A program made the position numbers and the translations under genes. From NCBI GenBank assembly GCA_946500615.1, contig CAMMWP010000004.1, positions 4,585-68,584 on the forward strand: a DNA stretch of 64,000 bases, written 5' to 3'. The notes beneath the pieces were generated by a model. That model did not search any database. It was given only the letters and a program-made list of their open reading frames with translations, and had not been told where the DNA came from. Positions 44,392-54,503 of this stretch are shown here, piece by piece; position 1 is the first letter of the stretch, and every line of letters starts with the position of its first letter. Source of the DNA: an uncultured Clostridium sp. (GTDB lineage: Bacteria; Bacillota; Clostridia; TANB77; CAG-508).

Positions 44392-45969
44392 ATGAGTTTT
44401 TTTAAGGGAAGGCTATTATCAATAACAAGAAAAACAGAAGGTATTACTTTAATAGCCCTTGTTATTACAATAATTGTATTATTGATTTTAGCAGGAGTAA
44501 CAATAGTGACATTAACAGGAGAAAATGGAATATTAACAAAAGCAACTGAATCAAAGAAAGAAAACGAAAAAACAGAAATAATTGAAAGAATAAAATTAGA
44601 TGTAGTTGCTAAACAAGCAGAAAATTTAGGAACTATTTCACAAGAAGAGTTAATAGAAATTTTAAAAAAATATGGTACATTAATAGATAAGAACACATTG
44701 ATTACCACTAAAGGTAATTATGAAATATTAGTTTCTGATATATATAATGGAAATATTGAAGTTTCAATTGTAACAACACCACTAGAGAATTTTGAATACA
44801 CTTTAGATAACGAAAATAATATTGTAACTTTAACTAAATATATAGGAACAGAATCTAATATATATGTTCCAGCAACATATACAATTAATAATGTAGTATT
44901 TAATACTATGCTTTTTGCTAGTTTTTCTTCTCAAAGTTCTACTTTCTCTGGTAATGCTAATATTCTTACTATAGAATTTGAAGAAGGCGTTTCAACAAAT
45001 GAAATGAGTTATATGTTTGCAAACTGCATAAATTTGCGTTATATTAAAACTTATCCTGAATACAATGGTATTTGGTGGACTGGTGTATTTTATAATGATA
45101 CTAATTTAATTAGCGCTCCACAAATTCCAAATGATATTGAAAATATCAGAATAACAAATTTTTATAATAAATGTATAAATCTTTTAGGAAATTATTCAAT
45201 GCCAGAGAACTATGACAGTAATTATAGCACAAATGTATTTGGCGAATGTATAAACATTAATAAGAATATAAATGTTGTTTGGTTTGGCGATAGTATTACA
45301 GCAGGTACAACTACAGGGGGGGAATCTTTTGTTTCATATTTGCGTGAAGATTTAGAAGATACAGGAATTTCAAACTATGCAATAGGAGGACATACATTGA
45401 GCTATGGTTACGATCAAAGTGATAATGCTATTTCTGAATCGATAATAACTGATATTAGCAAAATGGGAATTCATGAAAATGTAGATTATGTATTTATTTC
45501 AGCAGGAACAAATGATTTTGCACATAATTCAACACGTAGACCATATGGAACATACAGATTTGCAGATATAGGAACTATTAATGATAATACATCTTCTACT
45601 ATTATGGGTGCAATCAATAATATTAGTACAATTGTAAACAAAAAATTTCCTAATGCTACTTTAATATTTACAACACCTATTACAAGGTCGGACTATGATA
45701 TTGAGGGTGCACTAGCATCAGATGGTAGTGTTTATACAGTTCATCTTAAAGATTATGTTGATGCTATAAAAACATTTTGTGATTCAAAAGGAATATCTTA
45801 CATTGATTCTTATACAGAAAGTGGATTAATAGTGACTGAAGATTCCTGTGATGGTACACAAAATTATATGAATGATCAGACACATCCTACGTTAAAAGGA
45901 CAAAAGGTTTTAGAACAATATATTCTAAATAAGTTAATCACGGATTATGGTTTCACTTCCAATAATTAA
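44392..45969 (+). CDS. Secreted/anchored protein: pilin-like N-terminal leader, BspA/DUF285-like repeats and a C-terminal SGNH (GDSL) hydrolase
   Basis: Leader GITLIALVITIIVLLILAGVTIVTLTGENGILTKATESK. The middle has MSYMFANCINLRYI-type repeats. SGNH blocks are VVWFGDSITAG, AIGGHTL, ISAGTNDF and DQTHPT. Confidence 0.8.
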   Translation: MSFFKGRLLSITRKTEGITLIALVITIIVLLILAGVTIVTLTGENGILTKATESKKENEKTEIIERIKLDVVAKQAENLGTISQEELIEILKKYGTLIDKNTLITTKGNYEILVSDIYNGNIEVSIVTTPLENFEYTLDNENNIVTLTKYIGTESNIYVPATYTINNVVFNTMLFASFSSQSSTFSGNANILTIEFEEGVSTNEMSYMFANCINLRYIKTYPEYNGIWWTGVFYNDTNLISAPQIPNDIENIRITNFYNKCINLLGNYSMPENYDSNYSTNVFGECININKNINVVWFGDSITAGTTTGGESFVSYLREDLEDTGISNYAIGGHTLSYGYDQSDNAISESIITDISKMGIHENVDYVFISAGTNDFAHNSTRRPYGTYRFADIGTINDNTSSTIMGAINNISTIVNKKFPNATLIFTTPITRSDYDIEGALASDGSVYTVHLKDYVDAIKTFCDSKGISYIDSYTESGLIVTEDSCDGTQNYMNDQTHPTLKGQKVLEQYILNKLITDYGFTSNN

Positions 45970-46112
45970 ATATCCTACACTAGCTTATATACTAAATTTC
46001 TTGTACCTCGAAATGGTCCGAATGAATAGATTTGAGAAAATATAAAACCTCATGTATAATATAATTATGTAACTTGATAGTTGCAAATATATTAAACAGG
46101 AGGTTTTTTGAT

Positions 46113-46698
46113 ATGACAAATGAGCAAATAATAAACAAAATGAAAGATGACATGAAAATGAGAGGATTTTCGCACTGGACAGAAGAAAGTTATTTAGGGA
46201 AAACAAAAGATATAATGAAATATTTTAAAAAAACAATGGAAGAAGTAAAAATAGAAGAACTAAGGAATTTTCTATCAAAATACTTAATAGAAGAAAGAAA
46301 ATTATCAGAACGAAGTGTAAATTACTACAATTTTGTAATAAGATTTATGTATGAAGTAACAATGGATAAAATAATAAATAAGAAGCAATTAGCAATGTAT
46401 AGAAAAAGGAGAAAAATGAAAGATGTGCTAACAAAAGAAGAGTTAAGCACTTTTTTTAATGCCTGTGAAAATTACATGTATAGAACAATATTTATGATGA
46501 TATATGGAAGTGGACTAAAAGTATCAGAGGCAGTAAATTAAGAGAAGAAGATATAGATAGTAGAAAATGAGAATATTTGTAAGAGCAGAAAAAGGAGGAA
46601 AAGATAGGTATATAGTATTACCAAAAACAAGTTTAGAAATGTTAAGAAAATGTTACAAAATGTACAAGCCCAAACATCCAGAAGGATATATTTTTTAA
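46113..46698 (+). pseudogene. Tyrosine recombinase/integrase relic (frameshifted, catalytic half missing)
   Basis: An N-terminal SAM-like domain (MRGFSHWTEESYLGK..ERSVNYYNFVIRFMYEV) runs to GSGLKVSEAVN and then a stop at 46540. The +1 frame continues LREEDIDSRKMRIFVRAEKGGKDRYIVLP..GYIF and ends at 46698. The HxxR and Tyr boxes are absent. Confidence 0.8.
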
Positions 46699-47211
46699 AA
46701 TGTATATTGACAAAGATAATATTAATGATGGGATTTATTTTGATTTATTTACAAGAATTCAAGTAAAAGAAGATGAAAGTCAAGAATTAAGAGAGTGTGT
46801 ACAAGATTTAAATACTAATATAGTAATAGCAAATGGAATTATTGGTAACGTAACGAAAGAAGGGTTTCTAGAAGGCGGAGACATAATTCAAGGAATAAAT
46901 CTTAACTGGACAAAAAACAAAAACTAGCATATGTACATTATAAAATGGGAAAATTAGTTTCTTATGTTCCTAATTTTAATTTTAGTGGTAGATATGTCAA
47001 TGCTCCAATTTCAAATGATACAAGAAATATTTGTAAATCTCTTGTGAACGGGAACAGGTATGTAATGGAATAGTATCAATAAATAGAAATATATTATCTA
47101 GAATACGGCAGTTATAAAATTACAAATATAAGGATATTAGCATTATATAGTTATTTAGGAAAAATAGTAAATGAAAATACGAAAAAAGAGAAAAAGAATG
47201 AATTTTACAAA

Positions 47212-47240
47212 TATAAAAAGGCAGGGAAACCTGCCATAAA
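47212..47240 (-). terminator. Rho-independent terminator of the GLUG-repeat gene
   Basis: GGCAGG-GAAA-CCTGCC hairpin. On the - strand it is followed by TTTTTAT, 8 nt after the stop. Confidence 0.75.
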
Positions 47241-47247
47241 AAGTTTA

Positions 47248-48804
47248 TCATTGCCATTCTAGTATTGGGTATCCATTATTTATATTTCGTTTATCTTCTT
47301 GCCAGTTAATTCCAAGTACCGTATAGAGTTTTTTCATATCATTACTTGTTTTTACTTCTATTCCGGTAATATTAATATCGTTTGCATTATTGACAATGTT
47401 TTCTTCATAGTAATTATTATTTATTTTTATTGCTCCTATTTGTTGACCGATAATACCACCTATTTGATTATCAATTCCATTAACATTACCAGTATTATAA
47501 CAATTATAAATTTCTGCATCTTCGATTGTTCCAATTATTCCTCCTGCAATGTTTCCTTCAGTTTGAATTTGTGCTCTATTATAAGAATCAATTATTATTG
47601 AATTACTGTAGTTTTTTCCTACAATGCCACCTGTACATGTGTTAATTCCTTTAACATTACCCAAATTAGTATTATAACATAATTTTATAATGGAAGAATA
47701 GTAGCAACTTCCTGCAATTCCACCACAGTATCCCAAACCTACAACATTAGCATTATTATAGCATTTTTCTATATTACTATTATTTTGGTTTTGACCTGCA
47801 ATTCCTCCTATATGAGAACCTGTACATTGAATAACAGCATTGTTATTACAATTTTTTATAGTTGCATTATCAGTATTAATCCCTACAATTCCACCAGTAC
47901 TATTATTACCAGTTATAGTATTTGTATTATAGCAGTTTGTTACTAAAGTATTAGAAAAAGAACATCCAACAATACCACCTCCAAAGCTACATTTAATTAT
48001 ACTATTATTGTAGCAATTAGAAATAATTCCACCATTATATAGATAGCCACAAATTCCACCCGTGGCACTTCCACCAACGATGTTATTATTTAATCCTATT
48101 CCCATATTTAAGATTTTTCCATTATTAACTAAGCCAAATAATCCTTGTGCTTTATCTGATGTATTTATATAGATTCCATTAATTTCATAATTTCTGCCAT
48201 CAAATACTCCACTAAATGGTTTATTTGTTTCTTTATTAGGAGAAGAATTTTCCATTAGATATAATCCTATCGGTTCCCATTCTTCATTTATATCTAATGT
48301 AATATCATTCCCTAAATATACATACCAACCTTCATAAGTATTACCGATATTCACATCATCCCTAAATGCTTTTAATTCGTCATAGGTACTTATTTTTAGC
48401 ATTTTACTTTGCTCTATTATTTCTCCAGTTTCATCTACATAATACATTCTTTTAGTATCATTCATATTTATTAAAAAACTTCCATCTCCATTATCTGTAA
48501 CTGTAAAATCTTTATTATTTCCAAATTGTTGTTTTATAGCATTTTCTAATTTTACTTTATCTATTTCTAATGTATTAGCATCTTCCATTCGACTTGATGT
48601 AACAGCTAACACCAAACTTTCTTTTTCTTGTGATTCTTCTGTTTTATTTTTTGCTTCTGTTGCTCTAGTTAAAATTCCGTTATCTCCAGTCAAAGTTGCA
48701 ATTGTTACACCTGCTAATATTAACAAAACAATTATTGTAACGACAAGAGAAATAAGAGTAATACCTTTTTTACCATATTTTAATGCTTTTCCTAATTTTT
48801 CCAT
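47248..48804 (-). CDS. Secreted/anchored protein: pilin-like N-terminal leader plus GLUG-motif beta-helix repeats
   Basis: Leader GITLISLVVTIIVLLILAGVTIATLTGDNGILTRATEAK. The C-terminal ~300 aa are repeats of GGI(V/A)G..N(C)YN. FSGVFDGRNYEINGI opens the block as in the giant peptidase. The ATG at 48804 is preferred over the TTG at 48825. Confidence 0.8.
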   Translation of the reverse strand: MEKLGKALKYGKKGITLISLVVTIIVLLILAGVTIATLTGDNGILTRATEAKNKTEESQEKESLVLAVTSSRMEDANTLEIDKVKLENAIKQQFGNNKDFTVTDNGDGSFLINMNDTKRMYYVDETGEIIEQSKMLKISTYDELKAFRDDVNIGNTYEGWYVYLGNDITLDINEEWEPIGLYLMENSSPNKETNKPFSGVFDGRNYEINGIYINTSDKAQGLFGLVNNGKILNMGIGLNNNIVGGSATGGICGYLYNGGIISNCYNNSIIKCSFGGGIVGCSFSNTLVTNCYNTNTITGNNSTGGIVGINTDNATIKNCNNNAVIQCTGSHIGGIAGQNQNNSNIEKCYNNANVVGLGYCGGIAGSCYYSSIIKLCYNTNLGNVKGINTCTGGIVGKNYSNSIIIDSYNRAQIQTEGNIAGGIIGTIEDAEIYNCYNTGNVNGIDNQIGGIIGQQIGAIKINNNYYEENIVNNANDINITGIEVKTSNDMKKLYTVLGINWQEDKRNINNGYPILEWQ

Positions 48805-49363
48805 AATTAAATCAATTCCTTTCAATTTTTCTTTAGATTTTCTGAAATTATATTACTATACCTGTAAAACAATTGAAGTAAAAATAGGTGCATATCTATT
48901 TTGCTTTTTAAGATAAATATCTTGCAAAGAAGGTTGCAAATATGAATAAGCTAAGAAAAATATTTTAATTGATGTATTGAATATCTGTTTTTTTAAAATC
49001 CATCTTGAGTTATAATTACATTTTTTCTTATAAATTCATCTAATTTTTCTTCTAAATTATTATTTGTATTTTCTATCATTCGTATTACCCTATTTCATTA
49101 ATAATCTATAAATATGTATTTTTATTATTTTATCAATTTCTTTCATGGTTATACTACATTTTATAGAAATTTATAAAAAAATAAAACTATTAAATATGGT
49201 TAAGTATTAATTTATTATCATAGTTGAAGAAATAAGGTGCAAATAATCAAAAAACATATTCTACTTTTCAGAAATTTTATATTTATTATAGTGGTTATAC
49301 AACCAATAGTCAAGTATCCTATGAAAATTATATAATATTTTTATAAATTTTTAGGAGATAAAT

Positions 49364-49615
49364 ATGATAAAATTAGATATAGAAAAGGGAATATATTTGT
49401 TTAAATTGGAAAATATTTTGAAAGAGAGAAATATTAGTATAAATAAATTAATGAGAGATACAAATACAGATTTTAAAGTTTTAAAAAGAATAATGACAGG
49501 TGAGTTAGTAAGATTTGATATATTTGTTATAGCAAGATTATGCGATTATTTGAATTGCAGAATTACAGATATAGTTGAATATATTCCAAATAAAAATAAA
49601 CCGCATTTTCAGTAA
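49364..49615 (+). CDS. Small XRE/YozG-type helix-turn-helix regulator
   Basis: 83 aa: LENILKERNISINKLMRDTNTDFKVLKRIMTGELVRFDIFVIARLCDYLNCRITDIVEY. Confidence 0.75.
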   Translation: MIKLDIEKGIYLFKLENILKERNISINKLMRDTNTDFKVLKRIMTGELVRFDIFVIARLCDYLNCRITDIVEYIPNKNKPHFQ

Positions 49616-49771
49616 GTTTGCCTTTTTTTCATTTGATTAATTTTTTCTTTAGCTTGTTTTTTCCAAGTTTCAAAATCTTAAGCAAGTTTTTTATTGTCTT
49701 TATTTTTCCTAACTTGCATAAATTTTTGTTGATAAGTTTTTCTATATTCTCTCATAGCCTTATTATATACT

Positions 49772-49964
49772 AAGCAAAATACTATACCAGTATTATTTAC
49801 TACAGGTGCTAGTGAAAGAAACAAAGTATTAAATATATATGACCTTGTAGGAAATGTAGGCGAGTGGAATTTGGGACATGTTATATCAAATAAATTATCA
49901 GTGGGATTTATTCAGCTCTACAGGTAGTAATGCCTATTATGGGTTCCGTGTAGTTGCACTTTAA
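49772..49964 (+). pseudogene. C-terminal fragment of an FGE-sulfatase (SUMF1)-type domain, frameshifted
   Basis: It reads ..NIYDLVGNVGEWNLG.. (compare the GLYDMxGNVWEW signature). After a frameshift it reads ..STGSNAYYGFRVVAL-stop (GFR ending). No N-terminal part or start codon is present. Confidence 0.6.
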
Positions 49965-50077
49965 AATGTGACTTTTGTGTCAAGAATTATTGCGGCGTTT
50001 GCCCCCAAAAAAAGGGGCTTGTCAAGATAATTGTAAATTTATGTTTATGAGTTAATAAAAAAAATCCTTCCAAAAAC

Positions 50078-50105
50078 TTGTAATTTTCAAGATTATTGAT
50101 ATAAT
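50078..50105 (+). promoter_or_regulatory. Sigma-A-type promoter candidate for pfkA
   Basis: TTGTAA (50078-50083), a 16-nt spacer, then an extended -10 TGATATAAT (TATAAT at 50100-50105). Confidence 0.6.
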
Positions 50106-50141
50106 ACTATATGGACATGACAAGTGAAAGGGAGGATTTTT

Positions 50142-51284
50142 ATGTTAAAGAAAGTAGCAATACTAGCAAACGGTGGAGATGTATCAGGATTTAATGCAGT
50201 AATCAGAGCCATAAAAAAAACATGTGAAACAAATGGAATAGAATGTTACGGATATATTGACGGATACAGAGGGCTAGTAAAAAATAATTATGTTAGATTA
50301 GATGGAAATGAAATTGCTTCAGGTATTTTGCCAAAAGGAGGGTCTATTATAGGATCTTCAACAAATGCCATTGTTTTTCATTACAAAGTAGAACATGAAG
50401 ACGGAACAGTAACATATGAAGACTTATCAGATCAATGTGTAAAAAATGTAAAAGAAGCAGGATTTGACTGTATCTTTACCTTAGGTGGAGATAGTACGCA
50501 AAAATCAGCAAGAGACTTATTCCTAAAAGGAATCAATACAATTGGTGTACCAAAAACAATAGACAATGATGTAGCATGTACAGATATAACATTTGGCTAC
50601 AATACAGCTGTGCATGTAGCAACAGAAGCAATTGATAGACTACACACAACAGCAGAAACACATGACAGAATTATGGTATTAGAAGTTATGGGAAGATTTG
50701 CAGGCTGGATAGCTTTAGAATCAGCCATTTCTGGAGGAGCAGATGTTGCATTAATTCCAGAGATACCATATGATATCCATAAAGCAGCAGAAGCAATTAA
50801 TAAAAGAAAAGAACAAGGTAAGAGATTTAGTGTAGTTGTTGTTTCAGAAGGCGCACATCCAAAAAATGCTGAACAAACAACACATTCAGCAGAAGGAATT
50901 GATAATAAGGCAGGAATCAGTGTAAAATTTGGCGGAGAAGGAAATAGAGTTGCTAAAGAACTTCAAGAATTAACCGGATTAGAATCAAGATGTACAATTT
51001 TAGGATATATGCAAAGAGGAGGAACACCAACAGCATATGATAGAGTATTATCTACAAAATATGGTGCAAAGGCAGTAGAACTTGCAATGGAAGGAAAATT
51101 TGGCGTTTTAACTGTTATAAAAAATGGAAAGTTAGATTGTGTGCCATTAGAAGTTGTTGTTGGAGAAAATAAAGAAATTGGAGCTGTTCAAGGTGGTACA
51201 GCAGAAAGTAATGTGAGATATGTCACAATGGATGATGAATTAGTAAAAACTGCAAGAGATATCGGAATTTGTTTAGGCGATTAG
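50142..51284 (+). CDS. pfkA: 6-phosphofructokinase
   Basis: ILANGGDVSGFNAVIRA, LGGDST, PKTIDNDV and MGRFAGWIA motifs. The ATG at 50142 follows AGGGAGGA. Confidence 0.9.
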   Translation: MLKKVAILANGGDVSGFNAVIRAIKKTCETNGIECYGYIDGYRGLVKNNYVRLDGNEIASGILPKGGSIIGSSTNAIVFHYKVEHEDGTVTYEDLSDQCVKNVKEAGFDCIFTLGGDSTQKSARDLFLKGINTIGVPKTIDNDVACTDITFGYNTAVHVATEAIDRLHTTAETHDRIMVLEVMGRFAGWIALESAISGGADVALIPEIPYDIHKAAEAINKRKEQGKRFSVVVVSEGAHPKNAEQTTHSAEGIDNKAGISVKFGGEGNRVAKELQELTGLESRCTILGYMQRGGTPTAYDRVLSTKYGAKAVELAMEGKFGVLTVIKNGKLDCVPLEVVVGENKEIGAVQGGTAESNVRYVTMDDELVKTARDIGICLGD

Positions 51285-51318
51285 GGACAATTAGGGACGT
51301 TTCTGTTTGGACATTTTT
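51282..51318 (+). repeat. Family-A repeat (short copy)
   Basis: TAG-GGACAATTAG-GGACGTTTCTGTTTGGACATTTTT. It begins at the pfkA TAG stop. Confidence 0.75.
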
Positions 51319-51332
51319 GTTCGAAAGGAACT

Positions 51333-51384
51333 GAATAAACCCAGATAGTTAAACTTTTTTTGTTTGATTATTTGGGTTTATTAT
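51333..51384 (+). terminator. Candidate terminator after pfkA
   Basis: GAATAAACCCAGATA ... TATTTGGGTTTATT stem (one mismatch, ~20-nt loop) followed by a T-rich stretch. Confidence 0.5.
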
Positions 51385-51595
51385 TTTATACAAAATGTTA
51401 AAAAAGCTCGCTATGATTCTCTTTAATTTTAAATGATTTTTATAGTACACTTAAAAGAAGAAATATGCTATAATATAGACATAAGAGGGAAGCAGGTTAG
51501 CAAAATTTAATTAAATTTTCTCTTCCTTAAGGAGATGTTTTGAGAAATCAAGGCATCTCCTTTATTACATTTTCATTACATTTTGATAACTTTTA

Positions 51596-51624
51596 TTGAG
51601 ATAAAAAAATATTATTGGTATAAT
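51596..51624 (+). promoter_or_regulatory. Sigma-A-type promoter candidate for the FIST gene
   Basis: TTGAGA (51596-51601), a 17-nt spacer, then TATAAT (51619-51624). Confidence 0.6.
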
Positions 51625-51657
51625 TTGGGTATAATAAAATACGAAGGAGGAATCATT

Positions 51658-52824
51658 ATGTTAAAATCAAATGTAGCATGGAGTACAAATGAAGACAGTT
51701 ACACACAAGGAAAAGAAACAGCTAAAAAGGCGGTTGTAGATTTAGTACAAACAAAAGTCGCATTTTTATATACATCTGTAGACTGTGATGTCAAAAAAGT
51801 ATTAGAAGGAGCAAAATCTGAACTAGGAACAGCACCAATCATAGGATGCACATCAAGTGCAGGAATCATTGTACCAGATGGATTCATTACATCAGACAAT
51901 GGATTCACAGGAATATTAGCTTTAGGAGATCCAGACACAGAAGTAGGAGTAGCAAGTTCAGAAAGAGGAAAAGACCCAAGAGAAACAGGAAGAAAAGTAG
52001 CAATAGAAGCCATGAAAATGGCAGGTAGAACAGACGCACCAGCATATTTCTATATGGTAGCTTCTCCAGCAGAAGAAGAATTTTATATCAAAGGAATAGA
52101 AGATGTCATTGGAAGAGTACCTGTATTTGGAGGAAGTGCGGCAGACAACACAGTAGAGGGAAAATGGAGTATTTATACAAATGACAAAATATTTGCAGAC
52201 GGTGTTGCAGTTGCATTTTTCTATACAGATAAAGAAATGAAAAATGTATATACAGGAGAATATCATGAAACAACCAACTCAGGAGTTATCACAAAAATAG
52301 AAGGAAATAGAACATTAGTAGAAATTGACGGAACACCAGCAATTAAAAAATATGCTTCTTGGACAGGCAAAAAAATGAAAGATTTAGAAGCAGATAATTT
52401 ATTAGTATCAACCATCACAGAACCTTTAGGGGTAAAAGATAGATTAGGAGATTTAATTGCCATTCGTCATCCAATGTATGGAAATGAAGATGGATCTATG
52501 AATATAGGAGCAAACTTAGCAGTTAATACAGCAGTCATTCAAATGGAAGCATCTGTTGATGAATTAATTGATTCTACTGGAAAAACAATGAAAGAATTAA
52601 ATAAAGAAATGAATGGAGATGCAGGAGCATATTTATTAGTTCATTGTGGAGGAAGAAGATTAGGAATTGGAGATAGAATTGATGAAGTGGCAAAACAATT
52701 AAAGAAAGAAGCGAAAGGTGTACCTTTTATGACAATATTTACATTTGGTGAATATGGTGTAAAAGATCATGGAGCAAATACAACAGGAGGTTTAATGCTA
52801 TCATTTACAGCATTTGGAAAATGA
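51658..52824 (+). CDS. FIST-domain (FIST_N/FIST_C) putative ligand-sensing protein
   Basis: 388 aa from the ATG after GAAGGAGG. Patterns such as IIGCTSSAGII, VFGGSAAD and LVHCGGRR are typical of FIST proteins. This call comes from memory of the family. Confidence 0.6.
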   Translation: MLKSNVAWSTNEDSYTQGKETAKKAVVDLVQTKVAFLYTSVDCDVKKVLEGAKSELGTAPIIGCTSSAGIIVPDGFITSDNGFTGILALGDPDTEVGVASSERGKDPRETGRKVAIEAMKMAGRTDAPAYFYMVASPAEEEFYIKGIEDVIGRVPVFGGSAADNTVEGKWSIYTNDKIFADGVAVAFFYTDKEMKNVYTGEYHETTNSGVITKIEGNRTLVEIDGTPAIKKYASWTGKKMKDLEADNLLVSTITEPLGVKDRLGDLIAIRHPMYGNEDGSMNIGANLAVNTAVIQMEASVDELIDSTGKTMKELNKEMNGDAGAYLLVHCGGRRLGIGDRIDEVAKQLKKEAKGVPFMTIFTFGEYGVKDHGANTTGGLMLSFTAFGK

Positions 52825-52956
52825 AGAGCAGGGAAAAAACCACAATCCAATGAAAATTATGAATGTACAATTGAAAATTACGTAACGAAAGACGGAAACA
52901 GCATAGAGATAGCTGTTTGTAAAAATAAGAATTTTAATATAAAGGAGGGAGCATCA

Positions 52957-54390
52957 GTGAAAAATTTAATCGGATATGAATGGAAAGAAGCTTCAAATGG
53001 AGCCAAAATAGAGGTTGTCAATCCAGCCACACAAGAATTAATTGATACTGTACCAAATGTAACAGAAGAAGATGTAGATACTGCTGTAAAAGTAGCAATG
53101 GTAGAACAAAAGAAATGGGAAAAGGTATCTATCTATGAAAGAGCAGAAATTTTATATAAATTTGTAGATTTGGTAGAACAAAACAAAGAAAGATTAGCTG
53201 TTCTTTTATCAAATGAAACAGGAAAACCAATTAAAGAAGCAAGAGGAGAAATTGCAAATGTAAGAATTGGTACAAGAGGATTTATTGAAAAAGCCAAACA
53301 CTTATATGGCGAAAGTATTCCAGCAGGAACAGAAGCCGGACAAGAAACAACAATGCAAATAACTAAAAGATATCCAATTGGTGTAATTGCTGCCATTATA
53401 CCATTCAATTTCCCAAGTGATTTATTCTGTCAAAAAGTGCCACCAGCATTAATGATGGGAAATAGTATTATAGTAAAACCATCAAACTATAACCCATTAA
53501 CATTAATCGAATATGTAAAATTGATGATTGAAGCAGGTGTACCAGCAGGATGTATACAAATATTAACAGGAGACGGACCAACAGCAGGTCAAGCATTGGC
53601 AAGACACACAGGCGTTCATCTTGTATCATTAACAGGTGGAACAGCTGCCGGAATACAAACAATGGGAACAGCTTCAAAAAATCTAACACATGTTATGTTA
53701 GAATTAGGTGGGAATGATGCATTTATTTTCTTAGAAGATGGAGATATGGATTTAGCAGTAAAAGAAACCATTTGGGGAAGATTATATAATGGTGGACAAG
53801 TTTGTTGTGCAAGTAAGAGATTTCTCATCCATAATTCTAGAAAGCAAGAATTTATAGATAGAATGAAAGAAGTGATTTCTAATATGAAAGTTGGAGACCC
53901 AATGCAAGAAGATACAGATATGGGACCAATGATTAATATCAATGCTGCAAAAAGAATAGAAGAACAAGTCAATCAAATGGTAGCAGAGGGTGCAACAATT
54001 GTATGTGGAGGAAAAAGAGAAGATGCTTACTATTATCCAACTATTTTAGATAATGTGACAAAAGATATGGAAGTAGCAAAAGACATGGAAATCTTTGGAC
54101 CAGTTATTTCTGTTATTGGGTTTGATGATGTCGAAGAAGCCATTGAAATTGCAAATCAATCTTCATATGGATTATGTGGTTGTGTAATTTCAAAGGATTA
54201 TTCAAGAGCAATGAAAATAGCAGATAAACTAGAATGTGGAGGAGCAGTTGTAAATGGTGCAAGCTTCTATCGTTCATTTGAAATGCCATTTGGAGGATGG
54301 AAACATTCTGGAATTGGTAATGAAGGTGTTTTGTCAACATTACAAGAAATGTCAAGAGTAAAAACAATTGTATTAAAAAATATATTATAA
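52957..54390 (+). CDS. NAD(P)+-dependent aldehyde dehydrogenase
   Basis: GTG start after AAGGAGGGAG. Motifs FNFP, VKPS, LELGGND (catalytic Glu), GQVCCASKR (catalytic Cys) and EMPFGG. Confidence 0.9.
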   Translation: MKNLIGYEWKEASNGAKIEVVNPATQELIDTVPNVTEEDVDTAVKVAMVEQKKWEKVSIYERAEILYKFVDLVEQNKERLAVLLSNETGKPIKEARGEIANVRIGTRGFIEKAKHLYGESIPAGTEAGQETTMQITKRYPIGVIAAIIPFNFPSDLFCQKVPPALMMGNSIIVKPSNYNPLTLIEYVKLMIEAGVPAGCIQILTGDGPTAGQALARHTGVHLVSLTGGTAAGIQTMGTASKNLTHVMLELGGNDAFIFLEDGDMDLAVKETIWGRLYNGGQVCCASKRFLIHNSRKQEFIDRMKEVISNMKVGDPMQEDTDMGPMININAAKRIEEQVNQMVAEGATIVCGGKREDAYYYPTILDNVTKDMEVAKDMEIFGPVISVIGFDDVEEAIEIANQSSYGLCGCVISKDYSRAMKIADKLECGGAVVNGASFYRSFEMPFGGWKHSGIGNEGVLSTLQEMSRVKTIVLKNIL

Positions 54391-54503
54391 AATGTGATTG
54401 TTCAGATAGGGTATTTAGTAGTTTTTGGGTTGTTTTAACTAGAACAACTCAAAAACAAATGCATATCTTAAGATACAACTAAAAAAGAAAAGGTGAGAGT
54501 AAA

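Noticed and set aside
46700-47073. The ORF at 46700..46927 and a following 42-aa ORF considered as real genes.
   Set aside because: They have no convincing RBS and no recognisable domain. They sit directly after the broken integrase and look like frame-disrupted leftovers. I treat them as gene remnants.
44440-48765. Shufflon hypothesis: inverted conserved leader-coding segments 4.2 kb apart with a tyrosine recombinase gene between them could swap C-terminal domains by inversion, as in pilV/Rci.
   Set aside because: The two leader segments differ at many synonymous positions, and the longest identical runs are ~9-11 nt. The recombinase is frameshifted and lacks its catalytic boxes. Each gene has its own 5' region. 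There is no support for ongoing inversion.
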